A stretch of DNA of 64,000 bases from an uncultured Thermoleophilia bacterium (GTDB lineage Bacteria > Actinomycetota > Thermoleophilia > Gaiellales > Gaiellaceae): the NCBI GenBank assembly GCA_963703435.1, contig CAVPEJ010000002.1, positions 1,179,328 to 1,243,327 of the forward strand, in the 5' to 3' direction. Below, in pieces: positions 19,228-27,510 of this stretch. The notes under the pieces are model-generated. The model ran no database searches. It was given only the letters and a program-made list of their open reading frames with translations, and had not been told where the DNA came from. Positions within the stretch are counted from its first letter, which is position 1, and the number at the start of each line of letters is the position of its first letter. Both the position numbers and the translations under genes were made by a program.

Positions 19228-19908
19228 TTGGCAACGCTCACCTGGCTCGGCCACGCGTCATTTCGCCTCGACACGAGCGACGGCAAGCGCATCTACGTGG
19301 ACCCGTTCCTCTCCGGGCCGACGTGCCCGGAGGCGGAGAAGGAGCCGGACCGGGCGGATGCGCTCGCGCTGACCCACGGCCACGGGGACCACGTCGCCGA
19401 CGCGGTCGCGTTGCAGCAGCGGCTCGGCTGCACCGTGCTCGGCATGGTCGAGCTGATCTCGTGGCTCAATGGACAAGGCGTCGCCGACGACAAGCTGATC
19501 GGGTTCAACAAGGGCGGCACGGTGGAGGTTGCCGGCGTCCGGATCACGATGACGCACGCCTTTCACTCGAGCTCGGCCCCCGACGGGACGTACACCGGCG
19601 AGCCCGCCGGCTTCGTCTTCGACCTCGGCGAGTCGCGCGTGTACTTCGCCGGCGACACCACCGTCTTCGGCGACATGGCGCTGATCGCCGAGCTGTACCG
19701 CCCGACAGTCGCCGTGCTCCCGATCGGCGACCACTTCACGATGGGACCGCGCGAAGCTGCGAAGGCGCTCGAGCTCCTCGGCAACCCACGCTGCGTGCCG
19801 TGCCATTGGGGCACCTTCCCGATGCTCGTCGGAAGGCCCGACGAGCTCGCGAAGCTGACGACAGCGACCGTCGAGCAGATCGCGCCCGGAGACACGGTCG
19901 AGCTGTGA
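19228..19908 (+). CDS. UPF0173-type metal-dependent hydrolase (metallo-beta-lactamase fold)
   Basis: TTG start. Begins LTWLGHASFRL and contains THGHGDH and HWGTFP. Confidence 0.8.
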   Translation: MATLTWLGHASFRLDTSDGKRIYVDPFLSGPTCPEAEKEPDRADALALTHGHGDHVADAVALQQRLGCTVLGMVELISWLNGQGVADDKLIGFNKGGTVEVAGVRITMTHAFHSSSAPDGTYTGEPAGFVFDLGESRVYFAGDTTVFGDMALIAELYRPTVAVLPIGDHFTMGPREAAKALELLGNPRCVPCHWGTFPMLVGRPDELAKLTTATVEQIAPGDTVEL

Positions 19909-20174
19909 GGGAGCGCTGGTTCGGAGCGACGGGACGACGCGTGCCGGAGATCGCGCTCGAGGACGAGCTCGACGTCGGCGACGCGCTCGTGCTCGACTCG
20001 ACGGACGACGCCGACGCGCTGCGCACCGCCCACGCCGCCGGCCGCCCGGTCGTCGTCCGCGCCGCGAGCGCAGACGAGGTGAAGGCCGCGCTGGCCCGAC
20101 CCGAGGTCGCCTGCGCGCTCGTCCGCGACCCGGCGTTGCTCGACCTCGATCTGACGGAGCTGACGTATGGCTGA
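19905..20174 (+). CDS. small hypothetical protein (89 aa)
   Basis: This is the last 89 codons of an 846-aa shadow ORF. GTG 19905 overlaps the upstream stop (GTGA), and its stop overlaps the next ATG (20167). GC3-saturated codons. No known domain. Confidence 0.5.
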   Translation: MRERWFGATGRRVPEIALEDELDVGDALVLDSTDDADALRTAHAAGRPVVVRAASADEVKAALARPEVACALVRDPALLDLDLTELTYG

Positions 20175-21012
20175 GCAGCGCGTGGTCGCCACCTACTCGA
20201 TCGCCGCGTGCGACCTCGCGGCCGGGCAGTGGGGAGTGGCGACGCAGTCGAAGTTCCTGGCGGTCGGCTCGATCGTGCCCTGGGCCGAGCCGGGCGTCGG
20301 CGCGATCGCGACACAGGCATACGCCAACCCGCGGTACGGCCCCGACGGCCTGGCGCTGCTGCGCGAAGGGCTGGCGGCCGTCGAGGTGGTGAAGCGCCTG
20401 ACCGAGGCGGACGAAGGCCGCGACCACCGGCAGCTCGGGATCGTCGACGGCCGGGGCACGGCGGCGACCTACACGGGCTCGGCCTGTACGGACTGGGCCG
20501 GCGGCACCGCCGGGGACGGCTTCGCTGCCCAGGGCAACATCCTCGTCGGCGAAGAAACGGTCTCCGCACTCGCGACGACGTTCACCGACACCTCGGGGCA
20601 GCCGCTCGCGGAGCGCCTGCTCGCGTGTCTCGCCGCCGCTCAGGCCGCCGGCGGCGATCGCCGCGGCCAGCAGTCGGCAGCGCTGCTCGTGGTCGAGCGC
20701 GACGGCGGCTACGGAGGGCTCTGCGACATCCTCGTCGATCTGCGGATCGACGATCACGACCGCCCCGTGGACGAGCTCATGCGCGTCTACGACCTGCACC
20801 ACCTGCTGTTCGGCAAGACGCCGCGCGACGACTGGATCCCCGTCGATGACGATCTGCGTGCGGAGCTCTCCGAGCGGCTCGCGCGGCTCGGGTACGACGG
20901 CCCGCTCGACAAGGCGCTGCCCGCCTGGGCCGGTACGGAGAACCTCGAGGAGCGCGTCGAGGGCGTCGACTCGATCGACCCGGTCGTGCTCGAGGAGCTT
21001 CGTGCGCGGTGA
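20167..21012 (+). CDS. DUF1028 family (Ntn-hydrolase-like) protein with a C-terminal peptidoglycan-binding-like tail
   Basis: Begins ATYSIAACD...GVATQSKFLAVGSIVPWAEPGVGAIATQAYANPRYG, which is typical of DUF1028. Confidence 0.8.
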   Translation: MAEQRVVATYSIAACDLAAGQWGVATQSKFLAVGSIVPWAEPGVGAIATQAYANPRYGPDGLALLREGLAAVEVVKRLTEADEGRDHRQLGIVDGRGTAATYTGSACTDWAGGTAGDGFAAQGNILVGEETVSALATTFTDTSGQPLAERLLACLAAAQAAGGDRRGQQSAALLVVERDGGYGGLCDILVDLRIDDHDRPVDELMRVYDLHHLLFGKTPRDDWIPVDDDLRAELSERLARLGYDGPLDKALPAWAGTENLEERVEGVDSIDPVVLEELRAR

Positions 21013-21656
21013 CCGTGCGGCGCACCGCGTACGAGATCGCGCACGTCGACGACCTCGACGAGATTCCCGTGTCCCACGGGCTCGTCTGGCGGCCGGTACG
21101 CAAGCGGTTCGACGTGCGCGCCTTCGGGGTCAACGCGTACACGAGCGAAGAGGTCGGGACGCAGGTCGTCGAGGAGCACACCGAATCCCAGCTCGGGCAC
21201 GAGGAGATCTACCTCGTCCTGCGCGGGAGCGCGACCTTCACCCTCGACGGCGAGGACGTCGAGGTCACGGCGGGCTCGCTCGTCCACATCCCGGATCCGG
21301 CAGTGAGGAGGGTCGCGATCAGCCGGGAGCCGCAGACCACGGTGCTCGCACTCGGAGGCAAGCCCGGAGAGCCCTACGAGGTCTCCGCGTGGGAGGCGAT
21401 GTTCGCCGCCCTGCCCGCCACGCGGCGCGGCGACTGGGCCGAGGCGATCCGCCTGCACGAGGAGGCGCTGGCCGAGCGGCCCGACCAGCCGGCCCTGCTC
21501 TACAACCTCGCCTGCATGGAGGCTCGCGGCGGCCGGCACGTCGACGCGCTCGTGCACCTGCGCCGCGCGATCGAGTTCGAGCCGAAGTGGGCCGAGTACG
21601 CACGCAACGACACCGACTTCGCTTCGATCCGCCGCGAGCCGGGATTTCCGGCATGA
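21009..21656 (+). CDS. cupin domain protein with C-terminal TPR-like helices (paralog 1)
   Basis: GTGA overlap upstream. Cupin core HEEIYLVLRGSATFTLDGEDVEVTAGSLVHIP and tail LLYNLACMEARGGRHVDALVHLRRAIE. Confidence 0.75.
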   Translation: MTVRRTAYEIAHVDDLDEIPVSHGLVWRPVRKRFDVRAFGVNAYTSEEVGTQVVEEHTESQLGHEEIYLVLRGSATFTLDGEDVEVTAGSLVHIPDPAVRRVAISREPQTTVLALGGKPGEPYEVSAWEAMFAALPATRRGDWAEAIRLHEEALAERPDQPALLYNLACMEARGGRHVDALVHLRRAIEFEPKWAEYARNDTDFASIRREPGFPA

Positions 21657-22315
21657 GCCGCGGATCGGCCGGGTGGCAGGTCGTGTCGCTCGACGAGGCC
21701 GAGCACCGGCGCGGGTGGATCCCGTTGCGGGAGCTGCTCGACGTGCGCGCGTACGGGGTCAACGCGTGGTCGGTCGAGAACGCCGGTGACCCGGTGATCC
21801 CGGAGCACGACGAACGTCCGACCCAGCACGAAGAGCTGTACGTCGTCGTCCGCGGCCACGCGCGCTTCACCGTGTCCGGGGACGAGCTCGACGCGCCTGC
21901 AGGCACGATCGTCTTCGTGAGGGACCCGGTCGCGAAACGCGGTGCGGCGGCGACCGAGGCGGACACCGTCGTCCTTTCGGCCGGCGCGAAGCCGGGAGAC
22001 GCGTTCAGCCCGTCGTCGTGGGAGTGGAACGCACGCGCCTTCCAGCCGTACCACGAAGGAGACTACGAGGCTGCTCTCGCCGGGTTCACCGAGGGCCACG
22101 AGCGCTTCCCGCGCGACTGGACACTGCTCTACAACATGGGCTGCATGGCGGCGAAGCTCGGCCGGCGCGACGAGGCGATCTCCCACCTCCGCGCCGCGTT
22201 CGAGCTCGGCGCGGACGCCGATCCGCTCGTCGACGACGACCTCGCCTCGCTCCGCGAGGACTCAGAGCTCGTCGCGATCGCCCGGGAGGCGGACGCCCGC
22301 CGCCAGCGCGCGTAG
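21653..22315 (+). CDS. cupin domain protein with C-terminal TPR-like helices (paralog 2)
   Basis: ATG 21653 forms an ATGA overlap. Core HEELYVVVRGHARFTVSGDELDAPAGTIVFV and tail LLYNMGCMAAKLGRRDEAISHLRAAFE are collinear with the preceding gene. Confidence 0.75.
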   Translation: MSRGSAGWQVVSLDEAEHRRGWIPLRELLDVRAYGVNAWSVENAGDPVIPEHDERPTQHEELYVVVRGHARFTVSGDELDAPAGTIVFVRDPVAKRGAAATEADTVVLSAGAKPGDAFSPSSWEWNARAFQPYHEGDYEAALAGFTEGHERFPRDWTLLYNMGCMAAKLGRRDEAISHLRAAFELGADADPLVDDDLASLREDSELVAIAREADARRQRA

Positions 22316-23011
22316 GGCAGGCACCGGGTCCGACTCCGGCCGCGCGACGAGCAGCACCGCCCCGAATCCTTCCTCCGGGTTGAGGGCGTCGACGAGCACC
22401 TGGAGACCCACCGCGAGCGCGAACGCCTTGTAGGCCTGCGGGCCGCCGAACGGAACCAGCTCGTCCGGGCGCGCGGTCCCCGCCAGCACGTCGCCGTGCG
22501 TGACCGCGCCCATCGACACGTCCACCGCGAGCGGCCGGCCGTCCGACGACGGCACCGCAACAGCGAGTGGGTTCGTCCCGGTGAGGGCTGGACCGCCGGT
22601 GGGCGACGGTAGCCGGCGCGGCGAGGTTGCGGTGAGCACGGCCACAAGCCCGCCGCGCGCGAGCAGGCGGGCCCAATAGCCGAGCGCGCCGGTTGGGAAC
22701 GCCCGCGAGCAGACGACGAGCCGTGCGCGCTCGGGCGGCGCCGCGAGCTGCGCGGCAACGACCGCGGCCAGGGTCAGATACCCGAGCGCACCGGCGCCGT
22801 CCCAGCGCTCGTAGCCATCTGCTGCCTCGACGCGAGCGGGCTGTGCGCCCGGCGAGAGCTGCTCGAAGCCCTCAAGCCATTCGATCCGGCTCAGGCCGTG
22901 GCTCGTCAGCCCCCGTCGCTCGGCCCAGAGGAAGTGCGCGGCCAGCGTCTGGGCGTCGCCGTCGGCGAAGCCGAGGGCGCGCAGTCGCGGAACGGCCTCG
23001 CTAGGCCGCAC
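22262..23011 (-). CDS. Ldh_2 (malate/L-lactate dehydrogenase family 2)-like oxidoreductase, short form
   Basis: Contains ERRGLTSHGLSRIEWL and GTNPLAVAVP. It is 249 aa, whereas I recall about 340 aa for this family. Its 3' end overlaps the convergent cupin gene by 54 nt. Confidence 0.6.
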   Translation of the reverse strand: MRPSEAVPRLRALGFADGDAQTLAAHFLWAERRGLTSHGLSRIEWLEGFEQLSPGAQPARVEAADGYERWDGAGALGYLTLAAVVAAQLAAPPERARLVVCSRAFPTGALGYWARLLARGGLVAVLTATSPRRLPSPTGGPALTGTNPLAVAVPSSDGRPLAVDVSMGAVTHGDVLAGTARPDELVPFGGPQAYKAFALAVGLQVLVDALNPEEGFGAVLLVARPESDPVPALRALAAGVRLPGDRDEL

Positions 23012-23681
23012 GTACGAACCGCTCGCGAAACACGAGCACCGGCCAGCCGCGCGTCAAGGCGGCTCGGCGGAGCCGCCGGTCGGGGTTCACCGCAACGGGC
23101 CGGCCGACGGCTTCGAGGAGCGGCAGGTCGCTGACCGAGTCGGAATAGGCGGTCGACGAGCTCAGGTCGAGGCCCCGCGCCGCCGCGAGCTCTCGGACCG
23201 CAGCCGCCTTCGCCTCGCCGTGGATCGGACGCTCCGATCTGCCCGTGTACACCCCGTCGACGATCTCGGCCGTCGTCCCGATTGCGCCGTCGAAGCCGAG
23301 GTCCTGCGCGAGCAGCGCGACGATCTCGTACAGCGTGGCCGAGACGACGAACACGGGCTCCCCGCGCGCGCGGTGCTGCTCGACGAGGCGCAGCGGCTCG
23401 GCGTAGACCAGCGGCCGCAACACCGACTCCATCGCCTCCTCGACGAGCGCCTGCAGGTCGGTGACGGGCACGCCGGCGAGGAAGCGCATCCCGTTCTCCG
23501 CGGCGTCCTGCACCTTCGCGGCGCCGACGCCGCGCGCAGCGAAGACGAGCTGCCACAGGGCGGCCTTGGCGAGGTGCGTACGGTCGATCAACCCGCGGCG
23601 GCGGAGGACCGGCGCCAGCGCGAGCGCCGACGAACGGCTCGTCAACGTGCGGTCGAGATCGAAGAAGGCCGCAGCCGTCAC
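23001..23681 (-). CDS. HAD-IB family hydrolase (SerB-like phosphatase)
   Basis: Trimmed to GTG 23681. Has motif I FFDLDRTL, plus VSATLYEIV and SDSVSDLPLL. Confidence 0.8.
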   Translation of the reverse strand: MTAAAFFDLDRTLTSRSSALALAPVLRRRGLIDRTHLAKAALWQLVFAARGVGAAKVQDAAENGMRFLAGVPVTDLQALVEEAMESVLRPLVYAEPLRLVEQHRARGEPVFVVSATLYEIVALLAQDLGFDGAIGTTAEIVDGVYTGRSERPIHGEAKAAAVRELAAARGLDLSSSTAYSDSVSDLPLLEAVGRPVAVNPDRRLRRAALTRGWPVLVFRERFVRAA

Positions 23682-23689
23682 GGAAGCGT

Positions 23690-24751
23690 CTACGAGACGA
23701 GTGGGAGCGTGCGGGTGAACCCGCCCGCGCGACTCGCGTCGACGGCCTCCGCGATCTGGACGATCGCGACAGCAGGGTCGCTGCCCGGGTCGCAAAGCAC
23801 GATCGGCGTGCCCTCGTCCGCGGACTCGCGCACGCGCGCATCCAGCGGGACGCGACCGAGCAGCGGAACGCCGAGCTCGGCTGCAAGCCGGTCGCCGCCG
23901 CCGAAGCCAAACACCTCGGAGCTCATGTTCTCGACGACGCCGACCAGGCGCATGCCGGTCTTCTGAGCCATCGCTGCGGCCCGCGCAGCGACCTCCTGGG
24001 CGAGCGGCTGCGGCGTGGTGACAACGACCACCTCGGCGCGGGGCAGGAGCTGGCCGAGCGAGATCGAGACGTCGCCGGTGCCGGGCGGCATGTCGACGAG
24101 CAGGACGTCGAGCTCGCCCCAGTGCACGTCCTGCAAGAACTGCTCGAGCGCGCGGTGGAGCATCGGCCCGCGCCACATCACCGGCTGGTTCTCGTCGAGG
24201 AAGAAGCCGATCGACATCAGCTTCATTCCGTGCCCGATCGGCGGCACGATCATCCGGTCGACGGCGACGGGGCGCTGCTTGACCCCGAGCATGTACGGAA
24301 CCGAGTGCCCGTAGATGTCGGCGTCGAGGATGCCGACCTCCTGGCCGGCGGCAGCGAGCGCAGCCGCGATGTTCACCGTCAGCGACGACTTGCCGACGCC
24401 GCCCTTGCCGGACGCGACCGCGATGACACGCGTCGACGCCGGCAGCTGGAGCCCGCGCAGCTCGGCGCCGCCGCGGAGCATCGTCGTGAGCCTGGCCCGC
24501 TCGTCCGGCGTCATCACGTCGAACTCGACAGTTGTCGAGGTCACGCCTGCGAGCCTGCCGACGTGCTCGCGAACCTGATCCTCGAAACTCGAGCGAAGCG
24601 GGCACCCGACGACGGTGAGCGCGATCGTGATGGTGACGGCGCCGTCGTCGATCGCGACGCCCCGAACCATGTCGAGCTCCGTCACCGGCCGCTTCAGCTC
24701 CGGATCGATGACGCGCTCGAGCGCGTCCAGGACGTCGTTGCGCAGGCTCAC
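23690..24751 (-). CDS. mrp: Mrp/ApbC/NBP35-type Fe-S cluster carrier ATPase
   Basis: N-terminal DUF59-like region (VIDPELKRPVTELDMV), Walker A VASGKGGVGKSS, and a C-terminal ParA-like fold. Confidence 0.9.
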   Translation of the reverse strand: MSLRNDVLDALERVIDPELKRPVTELDMVRGVAIDDGAVTITIALTVVGCPLRSSFEDQVREHVGRLAGVTSTTVEFDVMTPDERARLTTMLRGGAELRGLQLPASTRVIAVASGKGGVGKSSLTVNIAAALAAAGQEVGILDADIYGHSVPYMLGVKQRPVAVDRMIVPPIGHGMKLMSIGFFLDENQPVMWRGPMLHRALEQFLQDVHWGELDVLLVDMPPGTGDVSISLGQLLPRAEVVVVTTPQPLAQEVAARAAAMAQKTGMRLVGVVENMSSEVFGFGGGDRLAAELGVPLLGRVPLDARVRESADEGTPIVLCDPGSDPAVAIVQIAEAVDASRAGGFTRTLPLVS

Positions 24752-24760
24752 GGGAGGATG

Positions 24761-24898
24761 TTAGACCCGGCGGAAGAGCCGCCGGAGAAGTGCCGCGACG
24801 CGCCCGGGCTCAGGCCGGTGCTCGGGCGGAAGGACCGGCTGCTCATCCTCGGCCGGGGAACGCGGCTCGAGGTACGTGAACAGCGACTGAGCAGGCAT
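24761..24898 (-). CDS. candidate 45-aa small ORF upstream of mrp
   Basis: Runs from ATG 24898 to TAA 24761-24763 (MPAQSLFTYLEPRSPAEDEQPVLPPEHRPEPGRVAALLRRLFRRV) and sits in an otherwise unexplained 195-nt gap. GC1 and GC3 are both high, so the coding strand and coding status are unproven. Confidence 0.3.
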   Translation of the reverse strand: MPAQSLFTYLEPRSPAEDEQPVLPPEHRPEPGRVAALLRRLFRRV

Positions 24899-24946
24899 GT
24901 TCCAATCATCGGCTCGTGCCGCCCCGGCCACGAGAACCCGGACGAG

Positions 24947-25732
24947 CTATTCGCCTCGCAGCGCCGCAGCGAGTTGCGCGCACAGTTCGACGCTGCCCGC
25001 GGCGACCACGCGGGACCGCGGCTCGAGGTCGAGCGGCGCAGCGCCGAACGGTGGGGACTCCGGCAGGTCGATCGAGAGACCGCGCTCGCGGACGAGCAGC
25101 TGGGCGGCTGCGATGTCGACCGAACGTGCCCCCTTGAGCGAGACGACACCGTCGACCCGCCCCGCGGCAAGATGGCAGAGGGTCACCGCAAGCGACCCCA
25201 TCACACGGAGCCGATGCGCGACGCCGACGAAGCGTGCAGCATTCTCGGCGACGAACGCCGTGGTGGTCGCCTCGAAGGAGAGGATCTCGAGTCGGTCCTT
25301 CGGCAGCTCGAGGAGAGGCGCTCCGTTCAGCCGCGCCCCGTCGCCGCGCACGGCGGTCCACTCCTCGCCCGTGCCGAAGTCGTAGACGTACGCCGTGTGG
25401 ACGTCGTCCATCGTCCGCCCAGCGGCGACGGCGATCGAGATCGCAAAGAAGGGAATCCCGCGCTTCGCGTTCAGCGAGCCGTCGATCGGATCGACCACGA
25501 CCGTGACCGGCCCGTCGCCTTCGGTCCCGACCTCCTCGCTGACGATGCGCGCCCCGAGCCCACGGAAGCGCGCGAGAATCGCCCGCTCGGCGGCAGCGTC
25601 GATCGCGGTCGTCTCGTCGCCGCCCTCGCCGTCGCCGACGACCGGCTCGCGCTCGGCACGTGTCGGCAGCTCGACGAGCACGCGCGCGACGTCGGCCCGC
25701 GCGTCGCGGCAGAGCGCGAGCCAGTCAGTCAA
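24947..25732 (-). CDS. inositol monophosphatase/FBPase family protein
   Basis: Contains VVDPIDGSLN and a SuhB-like fold pattern. TTG start 25732 overlaps the upstream gene end by 8 nt. Confidence 0.8.
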   Translation of the reverse strand: MTDWLALCRDARADVARVLVELPTRAEREPVVGDGEGGDETTAIDAAAERAILARFRGLGARIVSEEVGTEGDGPVTVVVDPIDGSLNAKRGIPFFAISIAVAAGRTMDDVHTAYVYDFGTGEEWTAVRGDGARLNGAPLLELPKDRLEILSFEATTTAFVAENAARFVGVAHRLRVMGSLAVTLCHLAAGRVDGVVSLKGARSVDIAAAQLLVRERGLSIDLPESPPFGAAPLDLEPRSRVVAAGSVELCAQLAAALRGE

Positions 25733-26753
25733 GTGGGTACAACAGCAGGCCCGACGTCAGCTTCGGATAGAAGAACGTCGACTTCTGCGGCATCGTCTCG
25801 CCCGCATGTGCGAAGCGCGCAACCTGCTGCACGGTGACCGGCTCGAGCAGGAAGGCCGCCGCGGCCTCCCCGCGATCGACAGCCGCGACCGCGGCGCGCG
25901 CGTCGGCCGTGTAGGTGACACCCTCCGGGGCGAACGACTCGACGACACGCGGGCCGAAGTCGTCGTCGGTCTCCACCCGCACGTAGCGCCCGCCGCGGTA
26001 CAACGTGACGCCGCCGTTCGGGTGGTCGATCGCGGAGCCGGGAACGTCGCCGACGCGCTGCACGAGCCTGTGGGTCGGGAAGATCTCGAGACCCGGCGCG
26101 CGCGTCGAAACGAGCACCGCGAACATGTGCGTCGCCCTGGGGTTCTCCTCCCGGTACGCGACGGCCGTCTCGTAGCGATGGTGGCCGTCGGCGATCAGCA
26201 ACGGCGAGTCGATCGAGAGCGCGCCGGACGACACGTCCCACATTCGCGTCCGCACTCCGGCGTCCTCGACGGCGACGTGAGGTGGGCCGTCCGGAGCCTC
26301 GAGCAGCGGGTCGCCGTCGTACAGGACGAAGATCGGCTCGAGCTGCGTCTCGGTCGCGCGCAAGATGCGCAGGCGGCCCTCCTTCGGTCCTGCGTGCGTC
26401 CGTTCGTGCGGAAGCACGTCGCCCTCGGAGTACGGCGTCACCGGGATCGCGGCGCCGATCCCCTCGCGCGTCCGCGCCACGCCGTCCGGGCCGACGTAGT
26501 CCTGGGCGATGAACCAGTACGACGGCTCGCGGGGCACCAGGACGCCGCGGCTGCGCCAGTCCGCCAGGGCGTCCGCCGCCTCGCCGGGCGAGTCGGGGAG
26601 CGTGAGATGGACGATGTTGTGCGGGCTCCGGGCGAGATAGTCGGCGCGCGCCTCGTCGGAGATCACGTCGTAGGGCGGGGCGACCAGGCGCTCGAGCGGG
26701 CCGGCGACGGCCTCGTCGTACTGGAGGGCCCGGAAGGGCTTCACCGTCGGCAT
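25725..26753 (-). CDS. DUF1015 family protein
   Basis: Begins MPTVKPFRALQYDE...APPYDVIS and contains ADGHHRYETA. Confidence 0.8.
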   Translation of the reverse strand: MPTVKPFRALQYDEAVAGPLERLVAPPYDVISDEARADYLARSPHNIVHLTLPDSPGEAADALADWRSRGVLVPREPSYWFIAQDYVGPDGVARTREGIGAAIPVTPYSEGDVLPHERTHAGPKEGRLRILRATETQLEPIFVLYDGDPLLEAPDGPPHVAVEDAGVRTRMWDVSSGALSIDSPLLIADGHHRYETAVAYREENPRATHMFAVLVSTRAPGLEIFPTHRLVQRVGDVPGSAIDHPNGGVTLYRGGRYVRVETDDDFGPRVVESFAPEGVTYTADARAAVAAVDRGEAAAAFLLEPVTVQQVARFAHAGETMPQKSTFFYPKLTSGLLLYPLD

Positions 26754-26766
26754 CCTTGGAGCCTAG

Positions 26767-27501
26767 ATGGTCGACGGGAGGATCCGGACGATCGAGGCGG
26801 CCGCAGCGTGGGTCGACCGTGTCGGCGTGGCGTTGCTCTTCCCGAAAGCGGACGTCGTGCTGCCGTCGCTCTGGGAGCAGGTCGCCGGCGACGCTGCCCC
26901 GACCTGGGCCGTTCGCGACCGCGACGGGACGTTCGTGCGCTGGAGCGACGAGCTGGCCTTCCTCTGGGGCGCGAAGGACGAACTGCCGGCCAAGGGCCTC
27001 GTCTGCGTCGGCAAGCACCTCGCGCGCGTTTCCGCCTGTATCGCGCCGCGCGTCCTGCCCGCACTCTGCGCACAGGCCGACCGGGAGGTGGAGGACGGGG
27101 TCGACACCGACGTGGTCGCCGCCGTCCGCGAGACCGGCCCGCTGACCGGCCCTGAGCTCCGCGGTCTCGTCGGCGCGCCGAAGAAGGACGTCGACCGCGC
27201 GGTCACCCGGCTGCACCGGAAGCTCGTCCTGACGAGCTCCCACCTCGTCGAGCAGGAAGCAGGCTGGGGTGCGCTCGCGCACGACCTGGTCGACCGCAAG
27301 TGGAGGGTCGGCGGGCGACTTCCGGACGTCGCCGCCGCCCGGCACGAGGTCGCCGGGCTCGTGCTCGCCGCTGCCGGAGAGCTGACCGCCGCCGATCTGG
27401 CCGGCGTCCTCGGCTGGCGCCGCCGCCTCGCCGCCGAGGTGCTCGACGAGCTCGCGGAGGGCCGGGACGAGGACGGCTTCCGCATCTGGGCTGCTCCGTA
27501 G
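26767..27501 (+). CDS. hypothetical protein with a winged-helix-like segment
   Basis: 244-aa GC3-rich ORF. GPLTGPELRGLVGAPKKDVDRAVTRLHRKLVL resembles a wHTH. Its start is 13 nt from the divergent DUF1015 start. Confidence 0.6.
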   Translation: MVDGRIRTIEAAAAWVDRVGVALLFPKADVVLPSLWEQVAGDAAPTWAVRDRDGTFVRWSDELAFLWGAKDELPAKGLVCVGKHLARVSACIAPRVLPALCAQADREVEDGVDTDVVAAVRETGPLTGPELRGLVGAPKKDVDRAVTRLHRKLVLTSSHLVEQEAGWGALAHDLVDRKWRVGGRLPDVAAARHEVAGLVLAAAGELTAADLAGVLGWRRRLAAEVLDELAEGRDEDGFRIWAAP

Positions 27502-27510
27502 ACTGGCTGC

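Noticed and set aside
16978-19254. A 758-aa minus-strand ORF opposite nuoM/nuoN, and 17634-20174 (846 aa, +).
   Set aside because: Both are shadow ORFs of the membrane subunits. Only the last 89 codons of 17634-20174 fall in otherwise unassigned sequence, and these were kept as a separate small CDS.
24122-25837. A 571-aa + strand ORF preceded by GGGAGGATG at about 24753.
   Set aside because: It is the exact codon-phase antisense of mrp and of the IMPase-family gene (DPIDGS motif on the minus strand). The apparent SD+ATG is coincidental.
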